Part shown: one piece after another, positions 13,223-25,884 of the stretch
How positions within the stretch are numbered: the stretch's first letter is position 1
Layout: each line of letters starts with the position of its first letter
DNA from: Rotaria socialis
Taxonomy: Eukaryota
Reading direction: 5' to 3'
Assembly: GCA_905331295.1 (NCBI GenBank)
Contig: CAJNYD010000223.1
Span: 1-64,000, forward strand
DNA length: 64,000 nucleotides
Position numbers and translations under genes: made by a program
The notes under the pieces: model-generated
Told to the model about the DNA's origin: nothing
Seen by the model: the letters and a program-made list of their open reading frames with translations, nothing else
Databases searched by the model: none

Positions 13223-15460
13223 ATTCCGATCTTCAGCCAAATTTTGATGTTCGTAAAGAGAAAAATTGACATGGAGTTCGGAATCAATTCTGAAAATAGC
13301 TTTTTCAATGGTTATAATCGTTGAAAAAGCTATTGTAAAAATTGATTCCGAACTCCTGCACAGGCTTCATTCCGAACATCCTGTATTTTTGTTGTATTTC
13401 ATTTACGAACTCCATTCCGAACACCATGGAATTTTCTTCATGTCGGGAGATCGTAAGCACACTAATTTACCGGGAGATCGTAAAAATGGGGTGAGACGAG
13501 ATGTCCTTCACCCTAAATGAGATATCATTTTTCCTATAGAAGAAAAGTGCTTCAGTTTAAGATTGAAAGTGAGGATACATATATGTGGCAGGTGACTTTG
13601 GAATTTTGTTGAGTTTGGAATAGTTTTTTCTTAATTTTTTAATTGAATTTTTATTGAGATATCGCATTAGAAATGTCGTTATTGAAAATTATTCAACGCA
13701 TCGTTTTCCGATGTGTTTTTGAATAAATCAAGTCTGTCTAGATTTTTTAATCAGTGGGGACATGGTGTCATCGAATTTATTTGGGAAATATTTCTTTTCT
13801 ATTCTGTTTTCTATGATCTATTGTTACTAGCAGTAAAAAAAAGAAAAATATATTTTTTCCATTAATTATTGTTTTCGCGGATCCTAATCTCAACTGAAAT
13901 TCTCATGTTAACTGTGCCATGTATAGTCGCAAGCAGAAAAATGAATTTGCAGCTGATAAATGAAATATCAGTTTCGTTTCGAAGAAAAATGTGTTGATAT
14001 GTAATTGAAAGGAACTTACATTTTTTCGCGATATGTGAGAAATGATGCTGAAACTTTACAGCCGGTTAGATTATGGTTTACTTTAGTTAAAAGAAAGATC
14101 GATAAATTTGTATGAAGATGAGGTGTTGAAAATCATTTACGATATAAGGGAAATCTTTCAGAGTTTGTGATGACCCGTGAGGAATGGCAAAGATCTGGTA
14201 AAAAGTTTGTTTTCAAATAATCGTTGGGAAAGAAGAAATGTAAAGAACGAAAATGAAAATGAAAATGAGAACTACTCATATTTGGTGTTTGTAAAGTTGT
14301 GTATAGCATCGAGTATGTTGTATATGCACGAATATCTTTTCTGAACAGTGACGACAAAAGTATTTGATAGAAATTTAGTATACACACGCTGACTTGTACT
14401 TGTATAGCTTGTCTTCAGTTATAGACAGAACGGAAAAAATTCATTTTTGACCTGAGCGACACTTTTCCGCTTGAAATGAACATTTATCTCACCGATCGAG
14501 TTTTTGTCTACTGCTGAAAAAGTTAAGACGAACACAAATTATCTTTATTGGAGAGGAGAGAAACGAATAATATTTTGACACAAATGTGTTGAAATTTTAT
14601 AAGAGATCTCTGCAAAAATGTGTTGTTTTCTGCTGGATGTCGCTACTCTTAACTAGTTTCAACCTGATTATAATATAATCAAGTAGTCATTACAACTTTG
14701 CCGGAGATTTATCATATGATACACCAGTTTCGTCTGCACATCAATGGATCATCCTAACTGGAGTGCCAAAGAAATCCGAAAACTATTTTTCCATATGCCA
14801 ATTTCCATCGTACCGTATATTTTGTATATGGTTCTAAGTTTTTTGATTCATAAATCTATACTCCCCTATGTGTAATGAACTAATTCTGTTTGTATAATCT
14901 ACATTTTCATATTTGAACGATTGACTAGGGTACCGACTTCTTAGCAAGTAGGGGTGCAACAATTCCAATTCGGGTCAACTCAATTCATAAAATTGGTTGG
15001 CATTGGTTAGAATCGATATGGAATTGGTCTGAAATCGGGGTAGAATTGGCTCTAAATGAGTGGAAAATTAACTGAAATTGACCCATGTTGCGAATACTGG
15101 ATCAATTTTTGCGGTAAACCGCAGTACTTATCCGTTCTGCGGTAATGAGAGCCGATAACCGGACCGGTAAAACCGCGGTTAACCGCCGATTTTCATGCGG
15201 TTTTTATTACATGGGGATGATACGATTGATTATTCTTGACTAGCAAGTGTTTCAATTTGCCAGAAATAAAATAAAGATAGTGGGACGCACAAGGCCTTAA
15301 ATCTGAAAATTGAGATTTTCATCATAAAAGCTACAACTCGAGTCACAATTAATAACATATTTGGAATCAGCACAAAAAACTGACTCGAACAGTGTATATT
15401 TTAAATACTTTCGGCAACTCTTTTTTCCTACCGAAAATTCAGCTGGGGTATACCCCTCAC

Positions 15461-15740
15461 TGAGGGGTGGACCGTTTTTTTTAACGGAACTCAATTAATG
15501 ACATTAATTAATGACTTCCATTAGCCATTAATCTTAATGTTTAATGTTTTCTAAGAAAAACTTAATTCATTAATATTAATGATTAATGAAAACATTAATT
15601 TTAAAATTAATGTTAATGTTTTTCATTAATCATTAATATTAATGAATTAAGTTTTTCTTAGAAAACATTAACCATTAAGATTAATGGTTAATGAGAAACA
15701 TTAACATTAATATAAAATGAATGTTAATGGCCCACCCCTA
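15461..15740. mobile_element. hAT-like MITE with ATTAAT-rich internal palindrome
   Basis: Ends TGAGGGGTGG / CCCACCCCTA; flanks CCCCTCAC and CCCCTCAG (7 of 8 match); internal inverted repeat. Confidence 0.7.
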
Positions 15741-15997
15741 CCCCTCAGGGTTCAGTCAAAAAATGAAACTAACCAGAAAGCAACTTGGACAGCAGTAATT
15801 AACCGTAGAGCATGTAAGATGCTTAAGGGGTGTGGGTGACATTGTCAGCGCGGAGCTTTTATGAATTCATACCAAGAATCACACAGCTTATCCAAAATTC
15901 AAGTTTACCTCTGCTATACATTTTGATATTACATTGTAAATCGGTTCATTATCAGATATTTAGCAAATCTAAAGGACCTTCGGTACGGCACAATATA

Positions 15998-16565
15998 TAT
16001 ATGTCGTAGGATAGATTAAAATCCAGTACAGTTTTAAATCGAACTAGGACAGATTAAAATTTTAATTTTTCCTAGTTCAGATTAAAATTTTAAAGTGAAC
16101 TAGTTGACTTCGAAATGCATTTTAATCTCAACTAGTTGACTTTAAAATTTTGATCTGAACTAGGAAAAATCAAAATATTTTAAACTGAACTAGAACAGTT
16201 TCAAATATTTTGATCTGAACCAGGACAGATTAAAATATTTTGATTTGAACTAGTTCAGATTGAAATATACACATTTGGATGGATAATAGGTGAAAGTGAA
16301 GGCGAGCGCGAGGACGCGGGTAATAGTTCCATCATCACCCATCATCATTCACCATAGACCCTTGTCGTCACCCCAACGCGTATCTTCAACCAGCCAGCCA
16401 CGGATAATTTGACTGAACATTTTAATGTGTCCTAGTTCAGATCAAAATTTTAAAGTCAACTAGTTCACTTTAAAATTTTAATCTGAACTAGGAAAAATTA
16501 AAATTTTAATCTGTCCTAGTTCGATTTAAAACTGTACTGGATTTTAATCTATCCTACGACATATA
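15998..16565. mobile_element. MITE with ~113-bp perfect TIRs
   Basis: TATATGTCGTAGGATAGATTAAAATCCAGTAC... is the reverse complement of 16453-16565; internal GAACTAG subrepeats; TA-rich flanks. Confidence 0.9.
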
Positions 16566-16568
16566 CAT

Positions 16569-16752
16569 ATGGAAGCCGCCATGGAATCGATACGCAACAT
16601 CAACAGTGATTTAAATTGCATTACTTCTAATAAGGGACAATCTCTTTTAATAATGAATCAATTCTGAACACGACATTTTTCATGAATACCTACTCAGTTT
16701 TCGATATTTTTACTTTTTCGACATTTTACTGTCGACATTTTTACTGTCGACC
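16569..16752 (+). mobile_element. MULE-like remnant (start of a FLYWCH-type ORF plus repetitive terminus)
   Basis: Encodes ...LNCITSNKGQSLLIMNQ, similar to the FLYWCH start near 30270, followed by tandem TCGACATTTTACTG repeats. Confidence 0.4.
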
Positions 16753-16959
16753 AAAGTTTAGAGATTCAAAGAAAGACGTTCTAATTTGAACATAGCTCTT
16801 TATATGTCCAACATTTAGGGTGAATATTGTCGTATCTTCGAAAAAAAGATTTGTTTAATTATGAAAGTTTCTCTAATTGCACGCGATACTCATTTGAGTG
16901 ATGAAGCATTGAAAAAGTGAAATAGTATGATCGAAGCGAAATTGGTAGTCTACATGATT

Positions 16960-18466
16960 TTGCTGTAGGAGTTTCTTTACGAAATGCGTCATAAATATCT
17001 TAATTCGTAAGTAGAACAAAATATTCAAACATCTTGGATACTTTATCGTGGTCAACCTCATATGGCAACATATGAATTAGAGAATTTGAAATCTAATATC
17101 GGGTTTTTAGTTTCGACTAATGAATTTCTATCGTCTTCAACCTCTCCTGGTGTTGCTAAACTGTTTTTTGCTGGTTGTAAAGACACTAACGATTATAAGG
17201 TTGTTATCTTTGAAATAACTGCCGATGTATCAAGTCTTAAAAATCTCGTGTTTGTCGATATTGACAAATGCTTAGGAATAAATTGCGAAAGTGAGATACT
17301 ATTTAATATTGGTTCGATTTTTAAGATTGAAGATGTCAATCACAATTCTGATATCGGTGCGTGAGTAATCAAAAAGAAAGTGACCGATGAAGGTACACAT
17401 GAAATTCAAGAAAAAATTGATGCAGAAAACAGAGAATTTCGCACAAGCAATATTAATTTGATGTTTGGTCGTTTGTTACTCGAAATGAATGAATATACTA
17501 AAGCACAGTCATATTTTCATATGATGTTACAAGTCTTACCCAAATCACGTGAAGATCTAGCTTTAGTCTACGATCATATCGGGGATCTAAATATGAGAAC
17601 AACGAACTGCGGAGCGGCGTTTGTCAATGTTAATTTGACATGTGCAATAAAAAAAGAAAATACTGACTTCAAAACATCCTTGTATTGGTGTAACACTGAA
17701 CAATATTGGCAATTCTTATAGACCCATTGGAAATTATACTCAAGCACTTGAATATTATACAAAAGTTTTACATTGCAGAAACGATCAATCTAATATGGCT
17801 AGAATTCGGCTTAATATCGGCGCAATCTATAGTATGAGTAATGATTGTGAAAAAGGCTTGAAATTATGCATCGAAGTACGTGATATTGTTCAGCAGGTAC
17901 ACCTATGCCCATATAATGAAATTATTCGTTATCAAGGTATAATTGGTGATATACATTTGATTCAAAAGGACTACGATACTGCTGAACACTATTACGTTGC
18001 TGCATTTGAAACGAGTAAAAGATTTCTGTTTACTGATCATCGACTTCGCCTCCATTGTATAAAATCTTTAACTGATTTGTATGTGAAACGAAATATGAAA
18101 GAATATGCTATACAATTCTGTCTGGATCAATTATCTGTCTACGAAATATATCTGCCTGAAATACGTGTCAACATTGCAAATCTATCTATGAAAATTAGTG
18201 AATTATTTGAAGATAGTAGCGATCAAAAGCAAGATTTATTGCTAAAAGCATTGCGTATTCTGGAGACAAGTGTTCATCTTGAATATGTTGCAACAATTAA
18301 TTGTTTAATGATGATCACTGAATACTACCAAAAGCAAAATTTCGATGAGAGAGCTTCAAATTATTATATACGAGCTCTTGAAATACGAAAAAAAATCTAC
18401 CCAAAAGATGATTTCATCATACTCAAGACACAATCTCTAATTGACACTAATGGAAATCAAACATAA
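16960..18466 (+). pseudogene. ADP-ribosyltransferase (R-S-E type) plus TPR repeat gene, disrupted
   Basis: LYRGQ at 17041, FLSSSTS, ESEILF motifs; TGA at 17362 where Trp is expected; frameshift in poly-A near 17650 joins a TPR frame (HPCIGVTLNNIGNSY...YTQALEYY) continuous with ORF 17795-18466; upstream region decayed. Confidence 0.8.
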
Positions 18467-18965
18467 TGAACGTTATATATTTTTTCTGTATGGAAAATCT
18501 GAGCAACAAACCGGTATGCATTGAAAAAAATCGGGCAAAACCAAAGTCTGCTCTTAGTGTGCTATCAGCAAACTTCAAGTTTATTTTCAAAAACAAAAAA
18601 TTAGCTACATATTTGAATCGATAATAGGTATTAACGATTGCAATTCTACACATTTCATGCAAATAAAGTCTCCATGAGTATGATTTGAACTTTTGCAATG
18701 GATATTTTCTTCACTTATCTGTTCAATAATTTGCCAATCGAGTTCACTAGCTAGTTCTCGAAAGAAATTAGTTACATTAAATTTGTCACTGTTTTGACGG
18801 ACATATGTTAATACATCTGTTGAACTGATAAATATTTGTATTCATTTCAATTTTGTAAGAACTCCATTTTTGAAAGGCTTGTTCGTATTCATACGCACAA
18901 GGGATTTTGAATTCTATACTTACCTTAAAAATTCTATTTCCTTCTAAGTCTAACGGCAAACCATC

Positions 18966-19396
18966 CTAATCTACTGGCTTAATTGCATGCCAATAATGCT
19001 CACCAAGGCTGCAACTTTCATTAGTCAGTTCAAGTGCTTCGAGTGAATAAGTTCTCAGAGCATTTTGTACTGTTTGCTCGCTAGGCTCATATAATTCATC
19101 ATAATCATCATAGTATTCTGGTGAAATCCGAAAACCAAAAAGTTCAACGAATATATGAGCATGATGAAGAGATGACGATTTGACGAAGACATATTTGATC
19201 TTGTATCCTACTCCATCTTCATTTTCATTCGCGTCAATTAATTGAAAGAACATGATGAATCCGTACTGAAAAATAAATTATTTCGAACAAACTTATATAG
19301 ATACTAGTATGTTAGAGTATTTCACCATCGATTTACACTGTGACGTAATTGCATAGGACAAAAATAAAGAGCACATGAAAAAATGAATATTGACAT
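18966..19396 (-). CDS. Small acidic, probably secreted protein, 2 exons (about 19326-19396 and 18966-19266)
   Basis: TTTTCAG acceptor before YGFIMFFQLID...; upstream exon encodes MCSLFLSYAITSQCKSM with a GTGAA donor. Confidence 0.5.
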
Positions 19397-20184
19397 AACT
19401 GTAGGTTTACTTCTCGTTGATATTATATGATACACAAGACTTATAGTAAACCACTATTACTGTCATGAGAAAACGAATAATGCTTTATTAATAAATTTTA
19501 GAAGTACGATAGGTTTTAACAGCAGCTTTTCATTGAGCACTTTTGGCATTCTTTTAGTGAGCTTACTAAAGGATAAATGTAAGTTCGACATGTTAACCTC
19601 AGAGCGGCTGCATTACTAAACTTTCTTATAATGTCATAATTCCATATCGATTCTAGTAATTCAACTACTTGTTTTGAAATATATATACCCATATACGTGT
19701 TCCTCTCGTTATATTAACGATAGAAGCAATATATTAAATCGCGGCTTTTCTATCTTTTAGGTTCTTCTTGCAATGAGCATATTTTTTTAAACAATAGCAA
19801 TGAGTCAAATTTTTACTTCGAAATTTTCGAACTGCTCATTGTAGACGATAGAAATTTGAATGAAATAATGTATTCGAATGATAGTCTTACTTGAAATATG
19901 ATTCATTGTCCATATTAAGGAAAATATTAAATTAAGAAAAGCGAAGTATGAAAATCAAAAATAACGTGCGAATACTAACAATGAAAACGAAAAATACGAC
20001 CCACATAAAAATATAAAAGAGGATTTTTCCTCGAAACGTAGGAAGGCAATAGAATCTGGTGACAATTGATCATCGCTGGAAAAGAAGCATCATTTCCGAG
20101 AATTTTTCTATATTGTGTAATTTGTACTAATCAATGAACCGCAATAAAAAAAAGAAAACTCCCGCATTTTAGTTAAAATAGAAC

Positions 20185-21814
20185 TGTGCTGAAAAGTTTG
20201 TTTTGGACCATTTGTTCTTTTGGATTTTCGTATTAGTGACATCAGTAGTAGTTGGTGTCATCGATCTTCTCTCCAATTGCAAAACGACTGCGATGAGTTT
20301 ATCTAAAACTACATAATTGAAATCGAGAGAATTCGGTGTACAAATCCTTGGCACTTTCAATGAATTCTCTCCATATATTTACGTTTATTCGAATCTATAC
20401 TAAAAGCAATGACACAATCCAAATCATAGTTTATTTAGCTGTGTTACGTCAAAAATAGTTCGGAAAGACTGCGTATATAACTGTTTGAGCATTTTATTTA
20501 GTGACTGAGCAGACAACTGCTCAAAGCACATTCACAACAACATGTAAGTGCAGTCAATTACACCAAAACAAAACAAAAATTTATTTTTTATTAAAGCTGA
20601 AACCACAACTTCGACTACCACGGAAACAACAAGTAAGAGAATATTTTGGAATAATAAGTTTCAATATTCATCTTTATTCGATAATTAAGCTTCAGCAACA
20701 AGCACAACAAGCACTTCTAGTACAAGTACATCGACAACCTCGTTGATGACTACAACAAGTAAGAATTATAAATGAAACAGCACTTGTATTTAATCCTACG
20801 GTATCAATGAGAAAGAACAGTTGGTGTTCAACGAATACTTTGTGTTTCTGAATATTGAGAGAAAATGCTCTCTGTGCAAGAGTACAACGGGTTGTTAGAT
20901 TGGGATATAGAAAGATTTTCTATCATCCTAGACCTTCAATATATTAGTGTCTGTGTTAGATCCTTAAGAAAGTACCCATGGGAAGATTGAGGAACCAACA
21001 AATTCTCCGAAATTTGAATTTATGGGTGCTCAATGTGAGTTCAAAAAGATCAGCGCCACAAAACACTAAACTTGAATCCTTTGTTCTTTTGAGTGTGTCA
21101 TTGTAAAGATAACCAATACCGACTGTTAACAAATGCCACGTACTTGTAAGAAAATAATCAAAAATCGTTCAACATACCACAGTGCAGAGCTGGACAGAAT
21201 ACTTGAATTACTCGTACTCGAGAAAGCCTGTACCTGCCCATGTCCAGCTCTCTGTCATAGAATGCTTCCGTACATTATACTAAAATATAGAGTATCAATT
21301 GTTCAGAAAGTTGAGCAATTTAAATTGCTACATCAAGTCTTTTTACTACATTTTTATAGTGCAACCTCAGTGAAAAGGTTTGTAATTTAGAAGCTCATAA
21401 TGTTCAAACTTTAGTATGATATATTTGCTGCCAGATTTCCCGAACCTTAAAGCATTAATTTGAATTATTTCAAAATAAATTATGTAACTTTTCATATTTC
21501 ACAATGCAGTGATAAAAGTATTAGAAAAAGAAGCGAATGTTCGAGACGAAGTAGGGTTCACATTTCTTTCCTACTCAAGGGGTTTTAACTATCATTTAAA
21601 TAAGAATTCTCACAAGTTTTCATTTTCATGACAGGATGGTAAGTCACAACAAAAGCGGCGTTCACGAACACTATCGAAAATTACATCCACCCATAGAGGT
21701 TCTAGAGAGATGCTTTCTGAAAATTTCTTGAGCTGCTGACGAAAACAGTTTGAAGAATTATCAGTCACTGCCGTTTTCATGACCAATGTCCTTAGATTTT
21801 CTTCGTCCCTGTGG

Positions 21815-21869
<55 letters not shown>

Positions 21870-23853
21870 TATTTGCGAATGTTTTAGATACCCTGGGCCA
21901 ATTTTTATCATTTTTCTCTTTCATATTGAAAAGCTTCAGCTAACATCTCTGTCTAACGGTTGTACTTTAGTAAACTATTAGCCGATTGCGTCCAAGCGGT
22001 TATGCGATCGCAAAAAAACTATCATTCAGCTTAGTTTTGCTACGCATAGAGCTTGAGTGAATGTAAAGTTTCAGTATTATTTATAGAATGCTACATAGTA
22101 TTATGCCAGCCATCATTCCACTCTCTAAAAAAACTCGGTCGTTTACGTAGCTAGTCACGCCCCATCACACCAAACTGCTACATTTTGCTGTTTGGCCCGT
22201 TTTGAAAATTTATTTATTTTAGCTACAACATCAACAACGACTTCGACGTCAACCACGTCGACCACGTCGACTACAACGTCTACGTCAACAACTTCAACGA
22301 CGACCTCGACAACAACTACAACAACTACAACAACAACAACTACAACAACAACTACAACAACAACTACAGCAACAACTTCAACAAGTACTCTAGTGAAATC
22401 ATGTGCTATTTAAATCATCTTTTTGTTCTCTTTATATTCAGCAACGACCACCACAACGGCTTTCGATTCATGTGAGTTTTCATATCAATTTTAATTAATC
22501 AAATCAATTTTTTTAGAATCGTAGTAGATTGATGGAAATACTTTGAAGCATAGACCTCTCTATTTTCAACGCAAAATGTTAGATAATTTTGCATGCCCAC
22601 CGCATCAATAGTTATAGAGAAATTGATGTAGTTCTATAAAATTATTTTGAGCCTCCAAGTTCCAATCATTAACTTTTCTCGGTTATCTATGAGAACATTG
22701 AAATATATTCTATGTTAATAAGATTACAGATTAGCACCGACTTTCTCCTAGCTACGCATGATTTTGTTGAAAATACAATTTTGCAAAAAATTGAGTGGTT
22801 TCTTCCAACATTTACTAGAGATTGAAAAACATTCAAAATAGAATAGAATCATGATTCGATAAGTCATGTTAATTTTATACTAGAACCGATGTATTTTAAT
22901 TAATGTATCATATTACCTCAGGTACCAGTCTGAAATGGAATCTAACTGGTGTGGGGGTGGCAGGTGTTTCGGGTGGTGGTGGAATTGCTGCTAATCAGCT
23001 TCACAACCCTCTTTTCATATATATTAATGCAAACAATACACTGTACATATGCGATAATGGAAATAACAGGGTGAAAAAGTGGGTTGCAGGAGCCTCAACT
23101 GGCACAACTGTAGCCGGCGACAACGGTGGAAGCAATGGAAAGACTGCAATTTTACTCGACAAGCCAACAGGCATCGACTTCGATTTAATGGGATACATGT
23201 ATATAACTGATTATAACAATAATCGAGTGCAACGCTTCCCACCCAACTCAAACACCACAACCAGTGGCACGACTGTTGCCGGTTCATCAGCATGTAATAG
23301 TGGTAGTACCAATGGCCTTCTCCATCAACCCGTTGATGTCAAAATCGATGCAAATTACAATATGTTCATTAGTGACATGGGTAACAAACGCGTGGTGAAA
23401 TGGGCTCCCAACGCAACAATCGGTAGTGTTCTTATTGATGGCAGTACTGGCGGTGCAGCTCAAAATCAGATTAGCAATCCATATGGTCTTATATTAACTA
23501 ATGATACTTTGAATGAAATTTATCTAAGCGATAATAACCAGCGTGCTGTTTATCTGTGGCCATTCGGAGCAGCAACCGCAACCATCCAATATACTATGGC
23601 CAATTCTCTCCAAATGGATCACCCATCACAGATTATACAAGATCCGTATGGGAATTTGTACGTTGCCGACGCGAATCAGAAGCGAGTGCTGATGTTTTGT
23701 GTCAATGCAACAGTGGGTAATGTGATAGTTGGAACTGGTACTAGTAGTACACCTACGCTGGGGGATCCAGTTGGAATTGCTTTTGATTCGGATCTTAATT
23801 TATATGTTTCCGATGCCAATCTGAACCGAGTATTGAAATATATGCTTCTCTAA
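20185..23853 (+). CDS. NHL-repeat beta-propeller protein with Thr-rich stalk; 5' end uncertain or decayed
   Basis: Intact last exon 22922-23853 with NHL repeats (LYICDNGNNRV, MYITDYNNNRV, LYVADANQKRV, LYVSDANLNRV); phase-1 Thr-rich mini-exons near 20502, 20598, 20690, 22223 and 22442; hydrophobic segment near 20210-20270. Confidence 0.8.
21815..21866. repeat. Compound (CA)n(TA)n microsatellite
   Basis: Directly visible. Confidence 0.95.
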
Positions 23854-25428
23854 CTTTTCATCCACATTCTTCATGACTATATAGACATAATCTGAGTTCT
23901 CTGAACTTAAGTGCGGTTTGCTTCTCCATTTTCAACTTACAAAACTCTGTCCAATATCCGATTTAAAAACGACGCTACATATTTTATTACAGAAAAATCG
24001 AATAACATCATTGAAGATGCAGGTTTCTACTGGACAGATGTATTCATGCAGAAAACATTCCCTTTATATTAATATGAAATATGCATTGTGATAAAAAGAT
24101 ATATCTATCTAACACGCTATTCGAATTTCACAAAAGCAGAGTGAGGTTCTCACGAGCGTCTCGATCATGATAATGATAAAATAGGTGTGACAGTAATTGT
24201 CGGGTTTGCAAGTGTATGTTAACGTGTTCAAGGGTAGGTACTTCCTATGTATGGCTACACTATAATATTCATAAAGTAGCTTCACAATGAATTGAATGCA
24301 ACAAGATCACAACATACTAAGCGTACAGATCTAAATGGCAAACTATTATTTAGCATTTTAAATTACATTCACGACAATAATGTGTCGAACATAAAGAATG
24401 ATCACGTAATATGCGTGATCAGGAACAAAGTAGTCATGGTCAGCCACTTGAACAATGAATGCTTACTATATATGTACAAGATAAATGAGCAGACGCATGA
24501 ATATAGTACATAGGATAATATACATGAAATGAACCGTTATAAATAGTCCACAGCATACCAATAGCTACACCCTCAATTAGAGTACTATGATTCTTGAAAA
24601 ACATCTTTGAATGAACAGGTCGTAACAAAAAAAATTTAATTTTATATGATCATTTCAGTCAAACATTGTTTTATAACTCAAAACTGCATCTGTTTAGAGT
24701 TTATGATTCTTCTCTACACGAAATGATTAGTACGCTACAGTTCTGCAACATAAAATAAATTCTAATAATTTCGTCTTTGTCTTATCATAATCAGGAAATA
24801 TGTTTATAATCGTCGATACTGTGAATACTTCACATTCCGAAACACTTCATAATTTAAGGAATATCCAGAACTACGAGCCTAATTCAAGCTTAATTATCCT
24901 TTTAATTAGTGTTTTGGACTTTTCCATCTTTTATTTGATCATCTTCAGCTTACATATTCACAATACATATACAATGACAGATTTTATAGTCTCATGAACA
25001 TACACTTGACAACGTTTACAAAGAACTGAAATTTGCTACAACATGATGAATTCAAATATGCTACTACTAGTGTTCAAATTTTCAACGAAATTTTTAACAA
25101 TTTTCATGAATTCTACGTAAATACTCAAACTAGGGTGTGAGTGTGAAACACTAATTAAATGAAAACAAAAATGCAAAGCTACTTGAATCATTATGATATC
25201 GATTCTTTTGAGTATTTAATTATCCTAGCGAACTTAAGATTATATATCGAATTCGAATCAGGCATGTATTCTGTTAACGATAAAATAGCGTTAGAACAAT
25301 TCTTTTTCAGAGTCTTGTCTGACTGGTTAGAATATTATGGATACATACAAATAAAATATAAGCTTGTACGCATACATCCAACCCTCAAATTCGGATACAA
25401 CAAGTAATAGACACAATGAAATGACGTT

Positions 25429-25594
25429 TCCAAGGATATTCAATCCGACCAGTGGATCTGATCGTTTCCGGCATCGGATCCTATGGATTCCGTTGCTTTT
25501 CAGTCAGCTCCGTTGAATTCCGACGATTTCCTAACTAACGGATTCCGGTCAGATTTCCGCCGGAAAAATTCCGACGTACCTTGATTCTCCTGGG
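25429..25594. mobile_element. Degenerate CCC-ended MITE
   Basis: Repeated TTCCG/ATCCG motifs, right end GATTCTCCTGGG, degenerate left end. Confidence 0.45.
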
Positions 25595-25884
25595 TTTATT
25601 AAAATTTCTCATATCACCGATCTTATGGTTCATACAAAGCACATAAATTGCTAGAGAGTCACACAAGAGAGAAAATACAAGGAAAATACGGACAAGAGAG
25701 ATAATCATGAAAGGGCACGATATCTATTTCATCATCACATTGATATCTTTAGTTGAAAAAAATCCTTCAAAAACAAAATAGAATATAGAAATAGGTTCTA
25801 GTTTATTTTAGAAGGACACGCTAAGAAAATAAAATCAAAGTAGTGGACTGCTAAGAAAAGTACTATGGCGTATTTTTTTGTTGT

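Noticed and set aside
16040..16260. GAACTAG repeats as a possible CRISPR array
   Set aside because: Degenerate subterminal repeats inside a MITE with no unique spacers, no cas genes and a eukaryotic context.
17362..17364. TGA as Trp recoding or selenocysteine
   Set aside because: Other genes here use TGG for Trp and TGA as stop, and the gene has further lesions.
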